This document shows, in pieces, positions 56,092-64,000 of a stretch of DNA of 64,000 bases (within the stretch, counting starts at the first letter, position 1; each line of letters begins with the position of its first letter). The notes under the pieces are model-generated. The model ran no database searches and was not told the DNA's origin. It saw nothing but the letters and a program-made list of their open reading frames with translations. The DNA is from an uncultured Alphaproteobacteria bacterium. GTDB taxonomy: Bacteria; Pseudomonadota; Alphaproteobacteria; UBA828. Position numbers and translations under genes: made by a program. Where the stretch lies: NCBI GenBank assembly GCA_913053235.1, contig CAJXFT010000001.1, positions 2,785-66,784 of the forward strand. Reading direction: 5' to 3'.

Positions 56092-59000
56092 CTAAGCCAA
56101 AATCAATTCTCTCAAATGGCGGTTCGCCAGCGCCAGCTTGGCGAGGTCGAGCGGGCCGGCGCTCCTGAGATCGTCGAACAGGACAGTCGCGCGCTCGAAT
56201 ACTTCCTGATTCTGCGATATCCAGTTTTCGACGGCATCTTCGGGCGCGATATGAGCGCCATCCGAGAGCACGGTCCGGCACAGCGCGCGCTGCTGGGAAT
56301 ATAGATCCTCGATGATGGCGGCGACGGCGCGGTGCTGCCAATGATCGCCGGCGAGCAGCGGCGCGGCATCGTCGCGCAGCCATTCGAGGCCGAAGCGCGC
56401 GCCGAGGCGATAATAGACCGCCGCCGTGGTGTCGACGGAGAGCGCCGACTGGCGCGCCACTTCAACGATATCATAGGCTGGAATCATGGCGTCCACGGAA
56501 GCGATCAGGCGGGCCAGCCTATCCGGAACGCCGTTCTTGCCGAATTTGGCCTGGCGCGAACCCATATGCGCCAGCCCGGCCGGCGACAGCAATGATTCGG
56601 TCTGCTCCTCCAATTCGCCGAAGCCGGCGCCGAAATCGTCAATGGCGCGCGAGATATCGAGCGGGCGCGGCCGGTTGCGCAGCAGCCACGAGGTATGGTG
56701 GGCCAGCAATTTGTGCAGTTCGGCGAACATATCAAGCTGGACGTCGCTCGAAATCCGATTGTCGAGCGCCTCGATGTCGCGCCAGGTGCGGCGCAGCTGA
56801 CCGACGCGGCGCGCCGCCGCATAAGCGAGCGCGACATCTCCGAGCGCGCAAACGCACTCCTCCGCGACCTCGGTGACGAAGGAAACGCCGGCGCGATTGA
56901 CGAGGCTGTTGGCGATCGACGTGGCGATGATTTCGCGGCGCAGGCGGTGGCCTTCGATCGCGGCCATATGTTCGGTGCGCAAGGGGGCCGGGAAATAAAG
57001 CGTCAAGTCATCGTCGAGATGGCCATCCTCCGGCACGTCGCTGTCCAGCAATCCCTCATAGAGCGCCATTTTGGCATGCGCCAACAGCACCGCGATTTCG
57101 GGCCGCGTCAGGCCCCGCCCGGCGCTCGCGCGCTCGCCGATCTCTTCCTCGCCGGGCAGGCCCTCGACGGCGCGGTCGAGCCGCCCATCGCGCTCCAGCT
57201 TGCGTATCAGGCGGACATGGGAGTCGAGGCGCTCCGGCGCCTGCGCCGCCTCGACGCTCACCGCCTGGCTCTGCAAATAATTGTCGCGCAGCACCAGGGC
57301 GGCGACCTCATCGGTCATGCGCAGCAGTAATTTGTTGCGGCTTTCCAGCGTCAGCGCGCCTTCGCCGACCGCCGTGGCGAGGGCGATCTTGATGTTTACC
57401 TCATGGTCCGAGCAATCGACGCCGGCCGAATTGTCCAGGGCGTCGCTGTTGATCTTACCGCCGCCGGCGGCGAACTCGATGCGCGCCGCCTGGGTCAGGG
57501 CGAGGTTGGCGCCCTCGCCGATGACCCGGCAGTTGAGCTCGGACGCGGCGGCGCGCAAGCCTGCGTTGACGCGGTCGCCGATCTCTTCGTCGCGCTCAAA
57601 CCCGGCGCGGACAAAACAGCCGATGCCGCCGAACCACAGCAAATCCGCCGGCGCCCGCAACAGCGCGGCGACAAGTTGATTCGGCGTCAGCGATTGCTGC
57701 TCGATTCCGAGCCAGGCGCGCACCTCCGAACTGAGTGCCACCGATTTCGCGCCGCGCTCGGCGATCAAGCCGCTCGGCGACAGCATGCGATAATCGCTCC
57801 ACTCGGAGCGTTCCTGGCGGAACAGGCGTTTGCGCTCCTGGAAACTGGTTTTGGCATCCGGGTCCGGGTCGATAAAAATTTGGCGGTGGTTGAAGGCGGC
57901 GAGAAGGCGGATATGCTCGGACTGCAGCATGCCGTTGCCGAACACGTCGCCCGACATGTCGCCGACGCCGATGACGGTGAAATCCTCGGATTGGATGTCG
58001 CGGCCGAGCTCGCGAAAATGGCGCTTCACCGATTCCCAGGCGCCGCGCGCGGTGATGCCCATCTTCTTGTGATCGTAGCCGTCGCGCCCGCCCGATGCGA
58101 AGGCGTCGCCCAGCCAAAAGCCGTAATCCAGGGCCAGTTCGTTGGCAATGTCCGAAAAACTGGCGGTACCCTTGTCGGCGGCGACGACAAGATAGGGATC
58201 ATCCTCGTCGTAGCGCACCACATCAAGCGGCGGCACGACGGCTTCGCCCTGGCGATTGTCGGTCAGATCCAAAAGCCCGGAAATGAAGGTCTTGTAGCAA
58301 TCGATGGCTTCGGCCCGCAGCGCGTCGCGGGCTACCGGCGGGCGCTTGAGGACAAAACCGCCCTTGGCGCCGACCGGCACGATCACCGCATTCTTGACCA
58401 TTTGCGCCTTCATCAGGCCGAGCACCTCGGTGCGGAAATCCTCGCGCCGGTCGGACCAGCGGATACCGCCGCGCGCCACTTTTCCGCCGCGCAGATGAAT
58501 TCCCTCGACGCGCGGCGAATAGACGAAAATCTCGAACACCGGCCTGGGCGCCGGCAATTCCTCGAGCCGCCGCGAATCCAGTTTGATCGAGAGATAGGGC
58601 TTGGCGCCGCCGGTAGCGCTTTTCTGGAAATAATTGGTCCGCACGGCCGCATCGATGACATTCAAAAAGCGCCGCAATATGCGGTCTTCATCGAGGCTGG
58701 AAACACCGTCCAGCGCCGCCAGAATATTGCTGCGCAATGTGTTGACAACTCTTTTGGAATGCCCCGCCGGATCGAAGCGCGTCACGAAGAGCTCGGCCAG
58801 CGAGGCCGAGATCGACGAATTTTGCGCCAGGGTTTCTTCCATGTAAGGCTGGCTGAAGGGAATTCCGGCCTGGCGCAGAAATTTGGCGATGGCGCGCAGG
58901 ATGGTGACCTGGCGCCAATGCAATCCGGTGCGCACGACCAAATGGTTGAAGCCATCGTCATCGGTCTCGCGCGCCCAAATGCGGGCGAAGGTTTCCTGAA

Positions 59001-61002
59001 AGGATTGCCCGATCTCGCCGATATCGATGTCCCGCCCGCCCTGCTCGGTCATGGTGAGATCGTGCAGCCAGACGGCTTCCAATTGGCCGCGCGCGCGCAG
59101 GGTGGCTCCGATTCCGGTGCCGCCGAGGCGGATGCGATAGGGCCGCTCGCTGATCACGCGCAGGCCCATATTCTCGAGACTCGGCAACAGGTCCGAGAGC
59201 GGGATCGGCGCGCCGGCGTGATAGATCTTGAAATTGACCACCGCCGCATCGTCCTCGGGCCGGCGGTAGAGATGCATGGCTATCGTATCGCCGGCGACCG
59301 CCTGCTCGATCTTGGCCACATCCTCGGCCCCCGTGCGCGCCGCGAAATCCTCCTTGTAGGCCTCCGGAAAGGCATCGCGGAAAGATTTGAAAAGCGCGCG
59401 CTGGCGATCGTCGTCGAAGCGTTCGTCAAGCTCGGCGTTCAGTTGGTCGCGCCACGAACGCGTCGATTCGGCGATGCGCGCCTCGGTTTCGTCCGGGTCA
59501 TAGTCGGGAATCTCGCCGGGCGTGGTTTCGATGATGTAATGCAGCCGCGCCAGCGGCGAATCGCCGACTTCCACCGCGTAAGTCTGGGAAGCGCCGTCGA
59601 ATACAGCTTCGAGGATTCCTTCGATGCGCTTCCTGAGATCGGTGTTGTAGCTCTCGCGGGAGAGATAGACGAGACAGGATACAAAGCGCTCGAAGGGATC
59701 GCGCCGGGTGAAAAGGCGCGTCTGCTGCAAGGTCTCGGCGTTGATCACGCCGAGGCTGAGAGCCAGCAGGTTGTCCTCGCTAATCTGAAACAGCTCGTCC
59801 CTGGGCAGCGATTCCAGAACATGTTCCAGCGCCTTCAGGCTGTGGCTGCCGGCGGTGAATTTCGATTTCTCCATCACATGGTTGACCTTGCGGCGCAGCA
59901 GCGGAATGTCAGTGACGCTGCGGCTATAGGCGACGGAGGTGAAGAGGCCGAGAAAACGCCGCTCGCCGCACACCCGGCCATCGGCGTCATGAATTTTCAC
60001 ACCCACCGAATCCATCGCCACCTGGCGGTGCACCTTGGAGGGCTCGGCGGATTTGGTGATGATCAGGAGATTGGGCGAGGCATAAAAATCAAACGCCTCG
60101 GGCGGCAGCTTGTCCGACCAGGCGCCGAGCGGGCGCACCTCGGGGTCGCGCAATACGCCCAATCCCGAATTGGCCACGACGTGATAGCGGAAATCACCTT
60201 CGGAAATATTTTCGATGCTGTATTCGCGGTAGCCAAGAAAAGTAAAATGATTGTTGGCCATCCAGTCCAGGAAGTCGGCCGCCTCGCTGATTTCGTCTTC
60301 CGGCACGCCGGGCGGCGGCGAGCCTTGGCACAGAGCCACGGTCTTGGCCAGTTGCCGTATCAGGGGATTCCAGTCGTCGACCACGGCGCGCACATCCTCG
60401 AGGATTTCGATCAACCCGCGCTCGAGCTCGAGGAGGACGTTTTCGCCGCTGCAACGGTCGACCTCGATGAGGACGCAGGATTCGAGCGCCGCGCCGCCAT
60501 TGCCCGCGCCGCCATTGCCGGCGGCGCCATGCACGGCCGTGAGATTGCCGTCACCGTCGCGCTCGGTCTCGAGCACCGGGTGAATCAGGCGATGAACCGC
60601 GAGATGCTGTCCGGTCAAATAGGCGACGGTCGAATCGACGATGAACGGCATATCGTCATTGAGCATCGCTACCACCGTATAGGGCGATTGCCAACCGTCG
60701 ATCTCCGGGTCCGGGTTGTAGACCCGCAATTTCGCCACGCCGTGCGCGCGTTCCTGCATGAAGCGCCATTGCGACATGGCCATGGTGAAGAGGATATCCG
60801 GCTCGGTTGCCGCCAGATATTCGGCCGGCAGCGCGGCATAAAAAGCGCGCGCGAATTCGCCGGCGCCCGCCGCCTCGTCCGGAGGCACGTTTTCGCCCAA
60901 CATGCGCACGACGGAATCCAAACGGTCGCGCGCGCGCGCCGATTCTTGCGAACGCGAGCTATTGACCTCGGCCAATTCCCGACCAGTTTGTTTGTTAACC
61001 AT
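56092..61002 (-). CDS. gdhB: NAD-specific glutamate dehydrogenase, large (~180 kDa) Bac_GDH type
   Basis: 1636-aa ORF with a GDH catalytic core in the middle (GGKGGF...) and extended N- and C-terminal domains characteristic of the large NAD-GDHs. Confidence 0.85.
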   Translation of the reverse strand: MVNKQTGRELAEVNSSRSQESARARDRLDSVVRMLGENVPPDEAAGAGEFARAFYAALPAEYLAATEPDILFTMAMSQWRFMQERAHGVAKLRVYNPDPEIDGWQSPYTVVAMLNDDMPFIVDSTVAYLTGQHLAVHRLIHPVLETERDGDGNLTAVHGAAGNGGAGNGGAALESCVLIEVDRCSGENVLLELERGLIEILEDVRAVVDDWNPLIRQLAKTVALCQGSPPPGVPEDEISEAADFLDWMANNHFTFLGYREYSIENISEGDFRYHVVANSGLGVLRDPEVRPLGAWSDKLPPEAFDFYASPNLLIITKSAEPSKVHRQVAMDSVGVKIHDADGRVCGERRFLGLFTSVAYSRSVTDIPLLRRKVNHVMEKSKFTAGSHSLKALEHVLESLPRDELFQISEDNLLALSLGVINAETLQQTRLFTRRDPFERFVSCLVYLSRESYNTDLRKRIEGILEAVFDGASQTYAVEVGDSPLARLHYIIETTPGEIPDYDPDETEARIAESTRSWRDQLNAELDERFDDDRQRALFKSFRDAFPEAYKEDFAARTGAEDVAKIEQAVAGDTIAMHLYRRPEDDAAVVNFKIYHAGAPIPLSDLLPSLENMGLRVISERPYRIRLGGTGIGATLRARGQLEAVWLHDLTMTEQGGRDIDIGEIGQSFQETFARIWARETDDDGFNHLVVRTGLHWRQVTILRAIAKFLRQAGIPFSQPYMEETLAQNSSISASLAELFVTRFDPAGHSKRVVNTLRSNILAALDGVSSLDEDRILRRFLNVIDAAVRTNYFQKSATGGAKPYLSIKLDSRRLEELPAPRPVFEIFVYSPRVEGIHLRGGKVARGGIRWSDRREDFRTEVLGLMKAQMVKNAVIVPVGAKGGFVLKRPPVARDALRAEAIDCYKTFISGLLDLTDNRQGEAVVPPLDVVRYDEDDPYLVVAADKGTASFSDIANELALDYGFWLGDAFASGGRDGYDHKKMGITARGAWESVKRHFRELGRDIQSEDFTVIGVGDMSGDVFGNGMLQSEHIRLLAAFNHRQIFIDPDPDAKTSFQERKRLFRQERSEWSDYRMLSPSGLIAERGAKSVALSSEVRAWLGIEQQSLTPNQLVAALLRAPADLLWFGGIGCFVRAGFERDEEIGDRVNAGLRAAASELNCRVIGEGANLALTQAARIEFAAGGGKINSDALDNSAGVDCSDHEVNIKIALATAVGEGALTLESRNKLLLRMTDEVAALVLRDNYLQSQAVSVEAAQAPERLDSHVRLIRKLERDGRLDRAVEGLPGEEEIGERASAGRGLTRPEIAVLLAHAKMALYEGLLDSDVPEDGHLDDDLTLYFPAPLRTEHMAAIEGHRLRREIIATSIANSLVNRAGVSFVTEVAEECVCALGDVALAYAAARRVGQLRRTWRDIEALDNRISSDVQLDMFAELHKLLAHHTSWLLRNRPRPLDISRAIDDFGAGFGELEEQTESLLSPAGLAHMGSRQAKFGKNGVPDRLARLIASVDAMIPAYDIVEVARQSALSVDTTAAVYYRLGARFGLEWLRDDAAPLLAGDHWQHRAVAAIIEDLYSQQRALCRTVLSDGAHIAPEDAVENWISQNQEVFERATVLFDDLRSAGPLDLAKLALANRHLRELILA

Positions 61003-61269
61003 AAACGGACTCTACGCCGGTTCGATTACCTATGTTTTAACTTTTTGTCATATATGGAAAAACTGGCGGCGTTAACTGAAATCCCTCGACGCCTCCATGG
61101 CGGCGGCTTATATAAACAGTAGTAAGTTGGAGACGACGCATATCAGAGTGGATTTGCACCGGCGAGCGCAGGGACGCCGGTTCCATTTTCGCGCTTCGAC
61201 ATTCGCATGCACCGGCGGCTGCGATTGAGCATATTGCGGCGAATTATCGCCCAATTGGGGAGGAACTAC
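61003..61269. promoter_or_regulatory. Divergent gdhB/gdhA promoter region with a 10-nt direct repeat TGCACCGGCG (x2, ~55 nt apart)
   Basis: Repeats at ~61151 and ~61206. AT-rich stretch ttatataaacagtagtaagtt. GGAGGAA RBS before the gdhA ATG. Confidence 0.35.
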
Positions 61270-62643
61270 ATGTCAAAAACACATGCGAGCGACACCAAAA
61301 CCCAGGAATATCTGGAGCGCTACATGGAGGGCGTGAAAAAGCGCAATCCGGGCGAAGCGGAGTTTCACCAAGCGGTGTACGAGGCCGCCGCGACGATTTT
61401 CCCGTTCATCGCCGACAAACCGATCTATCATAAAAATCAAATCCTCGAACGCATGGCCGAGCCGGAACGGGTGATCATGTTTCGCGTTCCGTGGACCGAC
61501 GATGACGGCAATGTGCGCACCAACCGGGGTTATCGGATCCAGTTCAACAGCGCCATCGGCCCCTATAAGGGCGGAATCCGCTTTCATCCGAGCGTCAATT
61601 TGAGCATTTTGAAATTTCTCGGCTACGAACAGACCTTCAAGAACAGCCTCACCGGCCTGCCCATGGGCGGCGGCAAGGGCGGCGCCAACTTCAATCCGAA
61701 GGGCAAGTCGGACAATGAAGTCATGCGCTTCTGTCAGTCGTTCATAACCGAACTGTACCGCCATATCGGCGAAGACACGGACGTGCCGGCCGGCGATATC
61801 GGCGTCGGCGGGCGCGAGATCGGTTACATGTTCGGCCAATATAAGCGCATCACCAACCGCTTCGTCGGCGTGCTGACGGGCAAGGGGCTGGAATTCGGCG
61901 GCTCGAAAATGCGCACCGAGGCGACCGGTTACGGCGCCATGTTCTTCTTGCGCAACATGCTCGAGCAGGCCGGCGGCGGCATGGACGGCAAGCGCGTGCT
62001 GATTTCGGGCTCGGGCAACGTCGCCACCCACGCCGCCGAGAAAGTTCTTCAGCTTGGCGGCGCGCCGCTCACGCTTTCCGATTCAGGCGGCTTTATTCAC
62101 GCCGCGGGCGGCCTCTCCCAGCAACAGATCGACTGGGTCAAGGAGCTCAAGGGCGTGCGCCGCGGCCGCATTTCGGAAGCCGCGGATGAATTCAGCGACA
62201 TCACCTTCCATGAAGGCCAGCGCCCGTGGGGCGTCGAAGCGGATTGCGCCGCGCCCTGCGCCACTCAGAACGAGGTCAATGGCGAGGAAGCCGCGGTGAT
62301 GCTGAAAAACGGCGTCAAGGCGGTCGCCGAAGGCGCCAACATGCCGTGCGAACAGGCCGCGGTCGATGCCTTCCAGGATGCCAAAATCATGTTCGGCCCG
62401 GCCAAGGCGGTGAATGCCGGCGGCGTCGGCGTGTCGGGCCTGGAGATGAGCCAGAACAGCGCCCGCATCGCCTGGGATGACGTGAATCTGCGCAAGCTGC
62501 TGGAGGACATGATGAAGGACATCCATGATGCCTGCGTCGAACATGGCAGTGAATCGGGCGGCCATGTCGACTACCTAAAGGGCTCCAATATCGCCGGCTT
62601 CGTCAAAGTAGCCGACGCCATGCTCGCCTACGGGCATGTTTGA
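61270..62643 (+). CDS. gdhA: NADP-specific glutamate dehydrogenase
   Basis: RGYRIQFNSAIGPYKGGIRFHPSVN and GLPMGGGKGG hallmarks. ATG at 61270 with a GGAGGAA RBS. Confidence 0.9.
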   Translation: MSKTHASDTKTQEYLERYMEGVKKRNPGEAEFHQAVYEAAATIFPFIADKPIYHKNQILERMAEPERVIMFRVPWTDDDGNVRTNRGYRIQFNSAIGPYKGGIRFHPSVNLSILKFLGYEQTFKNSLTGLPMGGGKGGANFNPKGKSDNEVMRFCQSFITELYRHIGEDTDVPAGDIGVGGREIGYMFGQYKRITNRFVGVLTGKGLEFGGSKMRTEATGYGAMFFLRNMLEQAGGGMDGKRVLISGSGNVATHAAEKVLQLGGAPLTLSDSGGFIHAAGGLSQQQIDWVKELKGVRRGRISEAADEFSDITFHEGQRPWGVEADCAAPCATQNEVNGEEAAVMLKNGVKAVAEGANMPCEQAAVDAFQDAKIMFGPAKAVNAGGVGVSGLEMSQNSARIAWDDVNLRKLLEDMMKDIHDACVEHGSESGGHVDYLKGSNIAGFVKVADAMLAYGHV

Positions 62644-62672
62644 GGCCGGCGGGCCCGCCCGGCGCGATTAAA

Positions 62673-62706
62673 ATCCTCTTCCCCTCTGGGAAGAGGGGCT
62701 TATTCC
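62673..62706. terminator. Second copy of the CCTCTTCCC-N4-GGGAAGAGG hairpin element, between convergent gdhA and the aldolase gene
   Basis: cctcttcccctctgggaagaggggcttattc. On the minus strand the hairpin is followed by ATTTTAAT. Confidence 0.5.
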
Positions 62707-63605
62707 GCAACGCGTAGCGTTTCGCTCTTCAATGTCTCATACATTTCGAGTGCCGGCCCTGGCTTCATATTGTCGTGCACCACGGCGCCGACGGCCTGGA
62801 TCATGGCATCGGGCGAATCCGCCTGAAAGATGTTGCGCCCCATATCGACGCCGCTGGCGCCCTGGTCGATCGCCCGATAGGCCATGTCGAGGGCATCGAG
62901 CTCGGGCAGCTTCTTGCCGCCGGCGATGACGATCGGCACCGGGCAGCCGGCGGTCACGCGCTCGAACCCTTGCTCGACGAAGTAGGTTTTCACGTAATGC
63001 GCGCCAAGCTCGGCGGCGATGCGCGAGGCGAGGCCGAAATAGCGCGCATCGCGCACGCCGATATCCTTGCCGACGCCGGTCACCGCGAGCGTCGGCATGC
63101 CGTAGCGGTTGCCGCAATCGATCAGCTTGACGAGATTGCCGATCGACTGATGCTCATATTCGGCGCCGATATAGATTTGCGCCGCCATCGCCGCGGCGTC
63201 GAGGCGGATGGCGTCCTCGATGTCGACCGCCACCAGCTCGTTGGAGAGCTCGCTGAGGATCGAATTTCCGCCGCTGCAGCGCAGCACCACCGGCTTGCCG
63301 CTTTCCGCCGGCACGGAGCTGCGCAGGATGCCGCGGGTGCACATCAGCACGTCCGCATAGGGCGCCAGCGGCACGATGCTGAGGTCGATGCGCTCGAGAC
63401 CGGTGGTCGGGCCCTGAAAATAACCGTGATCGAAGGCCAGCATCACCGTGCGCCCGCTGCTCGGATTGAAAATCCTGGTCAGGCGGCTCTTCATGCCCCA
63501 ATCCAAGCCCTCCGAGCCTTTGAGAAAGAAGGGCTGGTTTTTGGCCGGCGTACCGAGTCCCCAATCCTTGCCGTCCTTGATATCGTCGAGATCGGCCATG
63601 GCCAT
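62700..63605 (-). CDS. Class I fructose-bisphosphate aldolase (DhnA/LsrF-like TIM barrel)
   Basis: [13 protein letters not shown] ... Schiff-base lysine region HYVKTYF ... resembles archaeal-type class I aldolases. Confidence 0.7.
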   Translation of the reverse strand: MAMADLDDIKDGKDWGLGTPAKNQPFFLKGSEGLDWGMKSRLTRIFNPSSGRTVMLAFDHGYFQGPTTGLERIDLSIVPLAPYADVLMCTRGILRSSVPAESGKPVVLRCSGGNSILSELSNELVAVDIEDAIRLDAAAMAAQIYIGAEYEHQSIGNLVKLIDCGNRYGMPTLAVTGVGKDIGVRDARYFGLASRIAAELGAHYVKTYFVEQGFERVTAGCPVPIVIAGGKKLPELDALDMAYRAIDQGASGVDMGRNIFQADSPDAMIQAVGAVVHDNMKPGPALEMYETLKSETLRVAE

Positions 63606-63719
63606 CCCCCAATCTGTTTTTTTTCAAGCGCTTAATTAATACCGCATGCAACCGTTTGGCGAAAGGTTTGAATCACCATGCCATTGTGCCCTATTATGGC
63701 CGTGGGAGAGATGACAACA

Positions 63720-64000
63720 ATGTCACACCGAAGCAACGGGCAGATATATCGATATATTTTAGCGCCATTGCTTGGCGCCACGCTGGCCGCCGCGCTGGCT
63801 TGGCCGCGGCCGGCGTTCGCCGATCCTTGCGCCGAATCGCCGGTGGCCAGGCGGGCCGGCGAGCTTTATGCCGGCGGCGATAGCCGGGCCGCCTTGCCCT
63901 ATGCGCGCATAGGGCTGAAGTTTGCCGAGCAGCATTGCGGTGGCCAAAGTACCGCCATCGTCGCCCTGCTCGCCGATCTCGCCGCCATTCATCAGGATTT
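63720..64000 (+). CDS. Secreted (signal-peptide) protein, partial (3' end beyond window); possibly TPR-like
   Basis: Own translation: MSHRSNGQIYRYILAPLLGATLAAALAWPRPAFA|DPCAE... It has a GGGAGAG RBS and a signal peptide with an AFA cleavage site. Open to the window end. Confidence 0.55.
   Translation, partial: MSHRSNGQIYRYILAPLLGATLAAALAWPRPAFADPCAESPVARRAGELYAGGDSRAALPYARIGLKFAEQHCGGQSTAIVALLADLAAIHQD

Noticed and set aside
1-64000. Search for CRISPR arrays, tRNA/rRNA genes and IS/transposase or integrase genes
   Set aside because: No spaced direct repeats, no cloverleaf-like conserved tRNA segments, and no transposase or integrase-like ORFs were seen. The island looks chromosomally integrated without obvious mobility genes in this window.

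Overview
This is a high-GC window (roughly two-thirds G+C by eye, GC3-rich codons), most likely from an alphaproteobacterium-like genome, and it contains no rRNA, tRNA, CRISPR or IS elements. About 55 of its 64 kb form one large cell-surface glycan biosynthesis island.

(1) Minus-strand operon B, 12033 down to 1. It encodes a WbpB/WbpD/WbpE-type 2,3-diacetamido-uronic acid module, an AsnB-like amidotransferase, a WbmS-like deacetylase, a 538-aa protein with no recognisable domain, a pseudaminic-acid synthase (PseI), a PIG-L deacetylase, two methyltransferases and a PseG-PseH fusion.

(2) A lone plus-strand sulfatase-like gene at 12099..13694. It lies convergent with a novel fusion of a pyruvate-kinase catalytic barrel to a complete ATP sulfurylase (13732..15897).

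(3) Minus-strand operon A, 32379 down to 13732. It encodes a full legionaminic-acid-type pathway: CBS-nucleotidyltransferase, LegC, NeuD/LegH, LegI, LegG, a CMP-transferase and a WbuX/HisH/HisF acetamidino module. It also carries PseC, a second cytidylyltransferase, an ABC exporter, an FdtA-like isomerase and a CBS-SDR epimerase.

(4) rmlA and rmlB plus a winged-HTH regulator.

(5) A phosphonate module: a PEP mutase-nucleotidyltransferase fusion and phosphonopyruvate decarboxylase. It sits behind a divergent regulatory region carrying three GTTCA/TGAAC palindromes.

(6) A NusG/RfaH-like paralog.

(7) A plus-strand operon with a flippase-like membrane protein, a methyltransferase-GT2 fusion, two more methyltransferases, a GT-C glycosyltransferase, an O-antigen-ligase-like protein, a carbamoyltransferase, a WecA/WbpL-like initiating transferase and PglF/WbpM.

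The window ends with housekeeping genes: purH, a 1636-aa NAD-GDH divergent from gdhA, a class I aldolase and a partial secreted protein. The sulfate-activation fusion and the phosphonate-plus-methyltransferase module are the strongest candidates for undescribed glycan-decoration chemistry.
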